In this document: piece by piece, positions 48,903 to 57,889 of the stretch | How the letters are laid out: every line of letters begins with the position of its first letter | Numbering within the stretch: the stretch's first letter is position 1 | Virus record (IMG/VR): IMGVR_UViG_3300042465_007039 | Coordinates: 1-64,000 of that record | Reading direction: 5' to 3' (one strand) | From: an uncultured virus (IMG/VR IMGVR_UViG_3300042465_007039) | Taxonomy: Duplodnaviria; Heunggongvirae; Uroviricota; Caudoviricetes | Length of the DNA: 64,000 bases | Translations under genes and position numbers: made by a program | Notes under the pieces: model-generated | Told to the model about the DNA's origin: nothing | The model's database searches: none | The model's input: only the letters and a program-made list of their open reading frames with translations

Positions 48903-49130
48903 ATGGCCAAGCCGCTTATCAAACCCAATCAACGTCTTACAGAAATCTTTGAGGATCTCGAACAATATCTGGAGTTCTGTCAGGACTACGGATACCGCTA
49001 CAACGAAGCGGATCTCTACAACTTCAAGAGTTATGCCTGGCAACAGTTCAGCAAACATGCTCAAGGCAAGAATGCCAAAAACATGTGGTGGGAAGACGCT
49101 CGTCGACTTGCAGGATTTCGTCCAGCATGA
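48903..49130 (+). CDS. hypothetical protein
   Basis: AAGGA RBS; 75 aa. Confidence 0.7.
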   Translation: MAKPLIKPNQRLTEIFEDLEQYLEFCQDYGYRYNEADLYNFKSYAWQQFSKHAQGKNAKNMWWEDARRLAGFRPA

Positions 49131-49516
49131 GTGCCGCTCGTGAAAAAGATCAAGCAGACTTTGATCTCGAGCGATTTGTTGACATGTTCGACGAAGCCAT
49201 GACCAGTCAGGATCCGCGTGTGATGGATTCATTACGCAGTCTCATGATGATTGTGACACTGACTCGTCCTGAAACCAAAACAGCACACAGTCGCAATCAC
49301 GGGCCTCTAAGAAGATTGTTCGAAGATATGAACCATCTAAATAGACGTATGCATGACATGGAAGACAAAGTCAATGCTATGAGTCGATCTGGTGATTCAG
49401 CTGAAAAATATGCATACACACAATACCCCAACGAAAAGTATGTCATGACTGCTACACAAGCTATGGCAGCGCAAATTGATCGAGATGTATTGAACCGAGT
49501 ACAAGGACTAAAATGA
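49127..49516 (+). CDS. hypothetical protein
   Basis: ATGA-coupled ORF. Confidence 0.65.
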   Translation: MSAAREKDQADFDLERFVDMFDEAMTSQDPRVMDSLRSLMMIVTLTRPETKTAHSRNHGPLRRLFEDMNHLNRRMHDMEDKVNAMSRSGDSAEKYAYTQYPNEKYVMTATQAMAAQIDRDVLNRVQGLK

Positions 49517-50715
49517 GAAAACTATTTTATTGTGGTTTGGAGTCGTATGAAGCAAGGTACACTCTACAACTCACCGAATGGAACCGTAGAGTATTTGACC
49601 GTAGAGGGTTGGATGTAGTCTATGTGCCTGGCGAAACCCTAGACAACAGCAAGAGCATTGTGGTGGGTCAGGTGCTGGACGCACATGGTCGCAGTTATTT
49701 TGGCATGAGCCAAATGATGAATCTGGTTCGAATGATGCGCGAAGGCGAAGTCACCAGTGAAGATGTGATCTACTTTGAAGACATGTTCCAACCAGGCATT
49801 GAGAGTTTGCCATACATCATGGACCAAATTCCCGCTAACATGCGACCACGTGTGTATGTACGTTGTTTGGCACAGGCAATTGATCCTGATGACTTTGTTC
49901 ATGTATGGGGCATGGAAAAGTGGATGGGCTTGTATGAAAAAATGGTCAATGAGTTTGTGACCGGTGTGCTTGCTACCAACGAAGAAATGGTTGCTCACAT
50001 GCGTATTGCAGGTTGGACTGCTCCTATCTACAACATCTCAGGACTAGCATTTGGCAAGGCTGAAGTTCTGGAACGCATTGGTGGTGCAGAAAAAGTCCGA
50101 CCATTTGAAGAACGCAAGCGGCGTGTGGGTTTTGCAGCTAGGTTTGATCAAGAAAAGCAGCCGGGCTTCTTCATGGATCTGATTGAGATGTATGGTGAAC
50201 TTACTAACGAGCCTTGTGAGTTTGCTATCTACTCCGGCGGTACATTGCGCAGCAACAATCCTGAATTTGTGACCCGTGCTAGACGAATGGAAGCAGCCGG
50301 TAAATTAAAAATCTACGACAACATCACAAAAAATGATTACTACTCTCACCTTAATGATACTCGTGTGCTGTTTAATTGCGCCCTGCAAGATTGGGTTTCC
50401 AACACAGTCAGTGAAGCAGATACTCTTGGCTGTAATGTTCTATACCCTGCTTATAGGTCTTTCCCTGAAACTTTTTCTAATGACCCTAACAGGCTCTATG
50501 TTCCTTGGAGCATAGATGATGCTTATCACAAGATGCAGAACTTGTTGCGTGAACCACATCACAACATGGGCTTGATCAGTAACTGGAACAACGGCACAGT
50601 TGATCGCGTAATCGATATCATTGAAGGCAAGGGCGAACAATGGAATCGTGCTGGCAATCGATATCGTGATCATGTGGCACAAGACAAATATCATGTGAGA
50701 AAGATTGAATCATGA
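49513..50715 (+). CDS. GT-B glycosyltransferase
   Basis: ARFDQEKQP, ALQDWVSNTVSEA..LGC..LYP...SFPE (GT4-like donor-binding C-domain). Confidence 0.75.
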   Translation: MRKLFYCGLESYEARYTLQLTEWNRRVFDRRGLDVVYVPGETLDNSKSIVVGQVLDAHGRSYFGMSQMMNLVRMMREGEVTSEDVIYFEDMFQPGIESLPYIMDQIPANMRPRVYVRCLAQAIDPDDFVHVWGMEKWMGLYEKMVNEFVTGVLATNEEMVAHMRIAGWTAPIYNISGLAFGKAEVLERIGGAEKVRPFEERKRRVGFAARFDQEKQPGFFMDLIEMYGELTNEPCEFAIYSGGTLRSNNPEFVTRARRMEAAGKLKIYDNITKNDYYSHLNDTRVLFNCALQDWVSNTVSEADTLGCNVLYPAYRSFPETFSNDPNRLYVPWSIDDAYHKMQNLLREPHHNMGLISNWNNGTVDRVIDIIEGKGEQWNRAGNRYRDHVAQDKYHVRKIES

Positions 50716-51659
50716 GCACTGTTGTAGTCACTGGCGCCGCTGGCTACATTGGCGGGCAAATTGCCTTACAGCTCAAGGATGCAGGGCACGCCATAACAGG
50801 GATTGATCGTAGACCCCTGCCAACGCATCTTACAGGTGTTATGGATTTTGTGCAAGCAGACTTTGACTGTAATGAATCCTTCAGGAAACTGCTTGATGTC
50901 AGGCCAGATGCTGTTGTACACTGTGCTGGTTCCAGCCTGGTTGGCCCCAGCATGAAAACTCCCAGCGACTACTATCACAACAACATGGCCAGAACCATGC
51001 ACCTGTTGGACTTTGTGTTGGCAGCCATGCCACAGACTAGAATTATTTTTAGTTCAAGCGCCGCGGTGTACGGTGAGCCAGTTATGGCTAATTGTCACGA
51101 AGTTGATCCCAAAGAACCTATCAGTCCTTATGGCGAAAGCAAGCTGATGATTGACTGGATGCTGGAAGCATACCGACGTGCGTATGGTCTTGATTATGTC
51201 AGCTTTCGTTATTTCAATGCGTGTGGAGCTGATGCTCAAAAGCGACATGGTCAAGAACCTGGTGCTACTCACATTATTGCGCGAGTTTTAGAATGTTTGC
51301 GTGATGACGCTGAGTTCACACTGAATGGCACCAACTATCCCACGCCGGATGGCACCTGCATTCGCGACTATGTACATGTGGAAGACATTGCTCGAGCTCA
51401 TGCTCTTGCTCTAGATCGTGCTGTGCCAGCTGGAGTATATAATCTAGGTTCTGGTACAGGCATCAGCAACCGAGAAATCATTGCTGCGGCAGAACGCATC
51501 ACTGGCAAAGAACTAAAAATTATATCCGGTAAACAACGTGACGGTGATCCTCCGTTGTTAACCGCCAGTGCAGGCAAGTTTAATTCAGTAGCAGATCAGT
51601 GGCAACAACATGATCTTGACGCCATGATCGGTCATGCCTGGGCTTGGTATGTTCGATAA
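50712..51659 (+). CDS. galE: UDP-glucose 4-epimerase-like SDR
   Basis: TGAAGYIG, FSSSAAVYG, YGESK, RYFNACG, DGTCIRDYVHV. Confidence 0.9.
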   Translation: MSTVVVTGAAGYIGGQIALQLKDAGHAITGIDRRPLPTHLTGVMDFVQADFDCNESFRKLLDVRPDAVVHCAGSSLVGPSMKTPSDYYHNNMARTMHLLDFVLAAMPQTRIIFSSSAAVYGEPVMANCHEVDPKEPISPYGESKLMIDWMLEAYRRAYGLDYVSFRYFNACGADAQKRHGQEPGATHIIARVLECLRDDAEFTLNGTNYPTPDGTCIRDYVHVEDIARAHALALDRAVPAGVYNLGSGTGISNREIIAAAERITGKELKIISGKQRDGDPPLLTASAGKFNSVADQWQQHDLDAMIGHAWAWYVR

Positions 51660-52236
51660 GATTCTAAAGTTTGAACATGCGCTGGCAGAGTTCACTGGCG
51701 CACCTTATGTGATCATGACTGATTGCTGCACACATGCCATTGAACTTTGTCTACGCCATGATCGAGTACGAAGCTGTAGCTTTACTGCATTTACCTATCT
51801 GAGTGTGGCCATGACCATGCACAAGCTGGGCATCAAATACAGCTTGGAAAATGAAGACTGGACTGGTGAGTATCACATTCATGACACTCGAATCTGGGAC
51901 AGCGCTCGACGACTGGAAAAGAACATGTATCGACCTGGCGCTATGCAGTGTCTGAGTTTTGGCCACGGCAAACCTCTGCACATTGGCCGAGGTGGTGCTA
52001 TCTTGCTGGATGACCCAGCCGCATACAAGACCATGATCCGTCAACGATATGATGGTCGCGACCTCGATATCACACCCTGGCAAGCACAACACACATTTCA
52101 AGTTGGTTATCACTACAAGCCCACACCCGAAGAAGCTGTTCAAGGCCTGGCCATGTTAGAAGGTATCAAAGAACAGGGCTGTGTGCCTGTGCCTGTCGCT
52201 TACCCAGATTTAAGAAACATTACCATAGTAGATTGA
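51649..52236 (+). CDS. short DegT/DnrJ-family PLP-dependent sugar aminotransferase-like protein
   Basis: FE..LA...GA, CTHAIEL, DSA, SFGHGKPL.IG.GGAI. Confidence 0.7.
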   Translation: MFDKILKFEHALAEFTGAPYVIMTDCCTHAIELCLRHDRVRSCSFTAFTYLSVAMTMHKLGIKYSLENEDWTGEYHIHDTRIWDSARRLEKNMYRPGAMQCLSFGHGKPLHIGRGGAILLDDPAAYKTMIRQRYDGRDLDITPWQAQHTFQVGYHYKPTPEEAVQGLAMLEGIKEQGCVPVPVAYPDLRNITIVD

Positions 52237-52261
52237 CTTTGCGGTCTAAATACTATACAAT
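52233..52261 (+). promoter_or_regulatory. sigma70-like promoter with embedded late TAAATA
   Basis: TTGACT-17nt-TACAAT; TAAATA at 52247-52252. Confidence 0.65.
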
Positions 52262-52302
52262 TAACAAAACGCAATCCACTGCGTCAACATCGGAGAACAT
52301 AA

Positions 52303-53142
52303 TTGACAAAAGAATTTGTACCAGAAAAAATATTACGCAACACAGCTGAATTTGCGCCAGATCAACTACTACATCCTGTAGCCGAATCAAAAACACATAA
52401 CAATATCATTGCAGGTGCAGAGCAACAAGGCGATGACGATAAAGATTATAAAGAAGCATACCTAGGTGATCATCTTCGCTTCAAGATGAAACGTGAAGGC
52501 AAACGTTTCTGGGCAGGCGATAACATCAGCGAATATGTCACAGAAGAAAATAAAGAACGCTTGATCGACGAAGCAGCCGAAGCATTTGAAACAGTGCTGG
52601 ATCGACTGCTTATTGATCGAGAAACAGATCCCAACTCAAAAGGCACAGCAAGGCGCCTGGCCAAAATGTATTTTAAGGAGATCATGGAAGGTAGATATGA
52701 ACCAGCACCAGACGCAACAGCGTTCCCAAATGATAGTGAAGACCGTTATGAAGGTATGCTTGTTGTTCGAAGCGAGCTTCGTTCTATGTGTAGCCATCAT
52801 CATCAACCCGTTAGCGGCGTTGCTTACATTGGTATTATTGCTGCTAATAAACTTATTGGTCTGTCTAAGTATACTCGCATTGCTCAGTGGTGTGCTCGCC
52901 GGGGCACACTTCAAGAAGAACTGTGTAATGACATTGCCCGAGAAATCTCCAAAGCTACCGACAGTGAAAACGTAGCAGTGTATATTCAGGCCACACATGG
53001 CTGCTGTGAGAATCGCGGCATCATGGCACATTCAAGTCTAACACAGACCACAGTGCTCAAAGGTGCATTCAAGATGGACCAAGGTGTCAAGAAAGAATTC
53101 TTTGACAATATCAAACTACAACAGGACTTTGCACCACGATGA
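52303..53142 (+). CDS. folE: GTP cyclohydrolase I
   Basis: SMCSHHHQP, IGLSKY.R, LQE, H.C...RG; GGAG RBS with TTG start. Confidence 0.93.
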   Translation: MTKEFVPEKILRNTAEFAPDQLLHPVAESKTHNNIIAGAEQQGDDDKDYKEAYLGDHLRFKMKREGKRFWAGDNISEYVTEENKERLIDEAAEAFETVLDRLLIDRETDPNSKGTARRLAKMYFKEIMEGRYEPAPDATAFPNDSEDRYEGMLVVRSELRSMCSHHHQPVSGVAYIGIIAANKLIGLSKYTRIAQWCARRGTLQEELCNDIAREISKATDSENVAVYIQATHGCCENRGIMAHSSLTQTTVLKGAFKMDQGVKKEFFDNIKLQQDFAPR

Positions 53143-53534
53143 CTGATTTAGAACAAGCAATGCAGGACAAAATTGCTCCCTGGAACTTGGAAGTCTCTGA
53201 GTTAACAGATTTTCATGTGGCTGTGTTTCAGGATCGATATCCGGTGACTCATGGTCACTTGTTGTTTGTACCCAAATACAATACTGCGGGAGTGATCCAG
53301 GATTGTTTTGAATCTGCCATGGCCGAAGGCAACCGAATGGTCGCAGCCGGCGAATGCGATGCATTCAACGTGGGTATGAACTCGGGTGCTGCTGCTGGAC
53401 AAACAGTGATGTATCCGCATATACATCTGATTCCCAGGCGTACAGGCGACTGCACAGATCCTGTGGGCGGTGTGCGTGGTGTTATTGCAGGCCAGGCCAA
53501 CTACAAACAACCCGGCTATCAACAGCCGTCATAA
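53139..53534 (+). CDS. HIT-family hydrolase
   Basis: D.YPVTHGH, GQTV, HIHLIPR. Confidence 0.88.
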   Translation: MTDLEQAMQDKIAPWNLEVSELTDFHVAVFQDRYPVTHGHLLFVPKYNTAGVIQDCFESAMAEGNRMVAAGECDAFNVGMNSGAAAGQTVMYPHIHLIPRRTGDCTDPVGGVRGVIAGQANYKQPGYQQPS

Positions 53535-53543
53535 GTAATGATC

Positions 53544-53585
53544 AAGCGGTCTTGGTGTCATTCCCGCTTTACAAACTCTGCCACC
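53544..53585 (+). ncRNA. candidate preQ1-I-like pseudoknot (riboswitch-like) in queD leader
   Basis: AAGCGG/CCGCTT stem; loop TGGTG complementary to downstream TGCCA/CACC after A-rich TACAAA. Confidence 0.4.
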
Positions 53586-53596
53586 TATGCTATAAT
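53568..53596 (+). promoter_or_regulatory. sigma70-like promoter
   Basis: TTTACA-17nt-TATAAT. Confidence 0.65.
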
Positions 53597-53613
53597 CACA
53601 TAGGAGAAAAAAC

Positions 53614-54165
53614 ATGGCAAACTCATCAGTCGACTTAATCCGTCATTTAGAAGAAAACTTACAAAACACTAGACCAGTGAACTATAGGTACACCAGCACC
53701 AAAGAGTATCACGACTCTTTTCCCTGCGCTTATAGACAATGGCGGGCTGATAGTCACTGTAATCTAATACACGGCTACAGCTTCAACATGAAGTTTTACT
53801 TTGGTACCAATGATCTGGATGCTCGCAACTGGGCTGCTGACTATGGCGGGCTTAAAGAACTCAAGGCTGTACTAGAAAGTCAATTTGATCACACTCTGCT
53901 GGTGGCCGAAGACGATCCTGAACTGGCATTTTACAAAGAAATGGAACAGCGCAAGTTGGCCAAACTGACAATTCTGCCTAAGCTGGGTTGTGAAGGTCTG
54001 GCAGATCAGCTGTACAAGTATGTGAATGGTGTTTACATTCCTGACATGTGGGGCCAAGCCGAGTCCAATCGCTTGTGGTGCTATCGTGTGGAAGTTCGCG
54101 AAACACAAGCCAACATGGCGTTCCGCGAAGGACATCGTGAGTGGAATGAAGATTTATTTGCGTGA
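53614..54165 (+). CDS. queD: 6-carboxy-5,6,7,8-tetrahydropterin synthase
   Basis: CNLIHGY (CxxxHG), FDH, E.LA, VEVRET. Confidence 0.85.
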   Translation: MANSSVDLIRHLEENLQNTRPVNYRYTSTKEYHDSFPCAYRQWRADSHCNLIHGYSFNMKFYFGTNDLDARNWAADYGGLKELKAVLESQFDHTLLVAEDDPELAFYKEMEQRKLAKLTILPKLGCEGLADQLYKYVNGVYIPDMWGQAESNRLWCYRVEVRETQANMAFREGHREWNEDLFA

Positions 54166-54383
54166 GAAAACTAGCAACAGGTGCTGAAGTTCCTGATCTG
54201 GACAAGGCTGTGACACTCACAATCAAAACCAAGTGTCCTGCCAAGTGGATGCTGGTTGACATGGAAACTAGCGAAATGTATTCTCCATACGATACTCCTG
54301 GAAAACTGCAATGGAAAAAAATTGATCAAGATCAACATCCAGTGCTGAAACTTTTAAAGATTTATCCAAATGAAAAAATATAA
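54162..54383 (+). CDS. hypothetical protein
   Basis: GTGA-coupled ORF. Confidence 0.6.
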   Translation: MRKLATGAEVPDLDKAVTLTIKTKCPAKWMLVDMETSEMYSPYDTPGKLQWKKIDQDQHPVLKLLKIYPNEKI

Positions 54384-55224
54384 CATAGCAATTTTGCTGC
54401 CTACTCGTGGCAGAACACATGCGTTGGATCGCAGTGTACGTACCTTGATCGACAACGCACATGACATAAAGAATGTACAGATCATGTTTGGATTTGATCG
54501 CGACGACACAGTGGGACTTGATTATTTTCGCACCAGTCTCCAACCCAAACTGGATCAACAGGGTGTGGATTATGTGGCTGTGCAGTTTAATCCCCTGGGC
54601 TATATCAACATCAACCGATATGGCAATATCTTGGCCGAACATGCTGACGCAGACTGGTACATGTTCTGGAACGACGATGCTATTATGGAGACAGCTGAGT
54701 GGGACAGAATGATCGGCGAACGCACTGGTGAGTTTCGACTGTTGGCGGTGCACACTCACAATGATCACCCTTACAGCATTTTTCCCATTGTGCCTGCAGA
54801 GTGGATGGACATTCTTGGCCACTTGAGTCCGCATCAAATGATTGACGCTTGGTTGAGTCAACAGGCCTACATGTTGGACATCATGGACCGACTAGAAATC
54901 TATGTCACCCACGATCGTCATGATCTCACTGGCAACAATGCTGACGCCACGTTCAAAGGACGTATAGCACTGGAAGGCCGTCCTCATGATCCTGTAGACT
55001 TCCATCATATCTCCAACACTAAACGTCGCATGGCAGAATGTGAAAAACTTGCAGTTTACATGCGATCTCTAGGCACGGATACTGCCTGGTGGGATAGCGT
55101 CAAAGCTGGTACACAAGATCCCTGGGTCAAACTCAAAGATTTTGATACCAATCATCAGATGGTACAGTTCAACATGAAAGTTGATCCTGCCAGTGGCCAA
55201 GTAAATTATACTCCTGACCAATGA
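54370..55224 (+). CDS. GT-A (GT2-like) glycosyltransferase
   Basis: ILLPTRGR, D.DD, FWNDD, FPIV, D.WL. Confidence 0.75.
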   Translation: MKKYNIAILLPTRGRTHALDRSVRTLIDNAHDIKNVQIMFGFDRDDTVGLDYFRTSLQPKLDQQGVDYVAVQFNPLGYININRYGNILAEHADADWYMFWNDDAIMETAEWDRMIGERTGEFRLLAVHTHNDHPYSIFPIVPAEWMDILGHLSPHQMIDAWLSQQAYMLDIMDRLEIYVTHDRHDLTGNNADATFKGRIALEGRPHDPVDFHHISNTKRRMAECEKLAVYMRSLGTDTAWWDSVKAGTQDPWVKLKDFDTNHQMVQFNMKVDPASGQVNYTPDQ

Positions 55225-55631
55225 CCCAGAAAATCCACAGTCGATCCCAACCAGACACTTTGTTAGCGTGTGTGATGTCAGCAGCTGACGCTGCAGGTCG
55301 CACGGACGCAGCAGATGCAGAAGAAATTTTACAAGCCAGTATTTTGCGATTGCCCACTGGCAAAACTATTGCTCCGCACTGTCATCTGCCACAGGTGCGA
55401 ACTACTACAGGCACCTGTGAAGCCTGGGTTGTGGTGTCGGGTCGTGTGGTAGCACAGGTGTTTGATCTTGACCAGTCACTGGTCGCAACTGTGGGATTGA
55501 CTGCAGGCGACTGTATGATCTTGTATCGCGGTGGGCACAACTTCACAGTGGTATCTGTAGATGCTGTGATATACGAAATCAAAAACGGTCCCTACAACGG
55601 ACCCAAAGCTGACTCGGAAAAAATTCAATGA
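55221..55631 (+). CDS. WbuC-like cupin-fold protein
   Basis: PHCH, E...V.SG, GGH, EIKNGPY. Confidence 0.75.
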   Translation: MTQKIHSRSQPDTLLACVMSAADAAGRTDAADAEEILQASILRLPTGKTIAPHCHLPQVRTTTGTCEAWVVVSGRVVAQVFDLDQSLVATVGLTAGDCMILYRGGHNFTVVSVDAVIYEIKNGPYNGPKADSEKIQ

Positions 55632-56200
55632 AAACACTGGTATTTGGATCCACAGGAGGTATTGGTTCCTGTGTGAGTGATCAATTGACTCAACAAGGAC
55701 ATCAAGTTGTAACTGTCACTCGTGCTGAGTTAGAATGCAGCAATGACTTTTTAGAACAACAGATCTCTGATATCATTGCCCGAACGGAACCAGACTGGAT
55801 ATTCAACTGTATTGGTACGTTGGGCACCAATCAAAGCAGGTACCGAGAAGTATTTGATGCCAACTTTGGTAGTGCCTGGGCCATTGTGCGACACTATATC
55901 GACCACCCTGATCAAGCAGTCAAAATTGTACTGACCGGAAGTGCTGTACACAATCAACCTCGTCGCAATCTGGTGCTGTATGCTGCCAGCAAATCGGCAC
56001 TGCACAACATGTGGCAAAGCACTGAAGACATATTTGCCGGAACCAATGTACACATTGCCTTGATACATCCTCCCAGAGTCAACACACCAATGTTGAATGG
56101 TAGACCAGGTGCCAGTTTGGAGCCAGAATACATGGCTCAGGTCATGATAGATTTGACACGCACAATGAAAAGTCGTACACTACTAGAACTAGGAACTTAA
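55628..56200 (+). CDS. short-chain dehydrogenase/reductase
   Basis: GSTGGIG, YAASK. Confidence 0.85.
   Translation: MKTLVFGSTGGIGSCVSDQLTQQGHQVVTVTRAELECSNDFLEQQISDIIARTEPDWIFNCIGTLGTNQSRYREVFDANFGSAWAIVRHYIDHPDQAVKIVLTGSAVHNQPRRNLVLYAASKSALHNMWQSTEDIFAGTNVHIALIHPPRVNTPMLNGRPGASLEPEYMAQVMIDLTRTMKSRTLLELGT
56153..56181 (+). promoter_or_regulatory. sigma70-like promoter for gmd
   Basis: TTGACA-17nt-TACACT. Confidence 0.55.
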
Positions 56201-56202
56201 CA

Positions 56203-57180
56203 ATGAAAACAGCATTTATTACAGGCATTGCAGGACAAGACGGCAGTTATTTGGCCGAACACCTGCTGGAACAGGGCTATAGAGTCACTGGCATCATTCG
56301 ACGCAATTCAACTGTGGAGCATCAAAAGGATCGCATTGGCAATCTACCAGTGGAAGTGGAATACGGTGACCTAACTGATCAAAGCAGTCTGGAACGTGCA
56401 CTGCGACTGTATCAACCCAATGAAATCTACAACCTGGGTGCACAAAGTCATGTGCGTATCAGTAGCGACATTCCACAGTTTACCACACAGGTCAATGCCT
56501 TGGGTGTGATCAACATGTTGGAGGCCTATCGCACTGTGGTTCCCGAAGCTAGATTTTATCAAGCTAGCAGCAGCGAGATGTTTGGATCCAGTGTGGATGC
56601 TGACAATTATCAGCGTGAGACCACTCCCATGCGACCGGTGAGCCCATATGGTTGTACCAAGGTGTTTGCCTACAACATGGTACATCACTATCGCAAGGCC
56701 TACCGGTTGCATGCGTCAAACGGTATATTGTTCAACCATGAGAGCCCGCGCCGTGGCTCAAATTTTGTGACCAACAAAGTGGTCAAAGGTGCTGTGGAGA
56801 TTGCTCTGGGCTTGAGTAACCAGTTGGAGATGGGCAATATGGACAGTTATCGTGACTGGGGTCACAGCTATGATTATGTGCGAGCCATGCACCTGATTAC
56901 ACAACAAGACCAACCTGACGACTTTGTGGTGTCCACTGGCATTACTAGATCTGTGCGAGACATGTGTGAATATGTATTTGGACAACTGGGATTGAATTAT
57001 CAAGACCATGTGATTCAGAATCCTAAATACCTTCGCCCAGAAGAACTGCCTTACTTGCGTGGAGACAACACCAAGATTGTCAAGCAACTGGGATGGCAAC
57101 TCACATACACATTTGAAGCACTCATGGACGAAATGATTGAGCACTGGCAACACATTTACAGCCGACAACGCAACGATTAA
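56203..57180 (+). CDS. gmd: GDP-mannose 4,6-dehydratase
   Basis: ITGIAGQDGSYL, AQSHV, YQASSSE, SPYG.TK, LFNHES, RDWG. Confidence 0.95.
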   Translation: MKTAFITGIAGQDGSYLAEHLLEQGYRVTGIIRRNSTVEHQKDRIGNLPVEVEYGDLTDQSSLERALRLYQPNEIYNLGAQSHVRISSDIPQFTTQVNALGVINMLEAYRTVVPEARFYQASSSEMFGSSVDADNYQRETTPMRPVSPYGCTKVFAYNMVHHYRKAYRLHASNGILFNHESPRRGSNFVTNKVVKGAVEIALGLSNQLEMGNMDSYRDWGHSYDYVRAMHLITQQDQPDDFVVSTGITRSVRDMCEYVFGQLGLNYQDHVIQNPKYLRPEELPYLRGDNTKIVKQLGWQLTYTFEALMDEMIEHWQHIYSRQRND

Positions 57181-57181
57181 C

Positions 57182-57889
57182 ATGAAAAAACTATTTACAT
57201 TCGGATGTAGTTTTACCAACTATCGCTGGAGTACGTGGGCTAATTGTTTGGCCCCAGAATTTGATTATTTTGAAAATTGGGGGCAAGCCGGCGGCGGCAA
57301 TCATTATATTTTTAATTCAGTAATGGAAGCGGATCAACGGTATTCATTTGGACCTGACGATACTGTAGTAGTTTGTTGGACCAGCATTGATCGAGAAGAC
57401 CGGTACATACAAGACAGATGGCACACACCGGGTAATGCATATTTTGCCAAGACAGTGTATCATCCAGACTATCTTCGATCTCACATTGATGAGCGAGGAT
57501 TTTTAATTCGCGATCTGGCATACATCAAAGCTGTAAAAACTTTGTTAGAAAACCGGCCGGGCATAAACTGGAAATTTTTAAGCATGGTAGAACTAATGGC
57601 TCGACCTGTTGCCGACGACAATGTCAGTGTTTATAGAGATGTTATGAGACTGTATTCAGATGTGCTAGATACTATTTTGCCTGGATACGACAAAACTGTT
57701 TTTTTAAACAACTGGCCTAAACCAGGAGATGATCCACATCCCAGTCCCGAAGAACATTTGGCTTATCTAGATGTAGTGTTGCCAGGTTGGGTGACAAAAG
57801 AATCAACTCGTGTTAAAATGCATGAGGAAAGTATTAATTTAACAAAAACCCCTGCACGTTCAGGAATAGCAAAGGTAAAAAGATTATGA
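57182..57889 (+). CDS. SGNH-hydrolase-like protein
   Basis: GCSFT, NWGQAGGGN, DPHP. Confidence 0.6.
   Translation: MKKLFTFGCSFTNYRWSTWANCLAPEFDYFENWGQAGGGNHYIFNSVMEADQRYSFGPDDTVVVCWTSIDREDRYIQDRWHTPGNAYFAKTVYHPDYLRSHIDERGFLIRDLAYIKAVKTLLENRPGINWKFLSMVELMARPVADDNVSVYRDVMRLYSDVLDTILPGYDKTVFLNNWPKPGDDPHPSPEEHLAYLDVVLPGWVTKESTRVKMHEESINLTKTPARSGIAKVKRL

Noticed and set aside
52269..52284. Hairpin ACGCA-ATCCAC-TGCGT in folE leader as a riboswitch
   Set aside because: A single 5-bp stem is too little to support a call without comparative data
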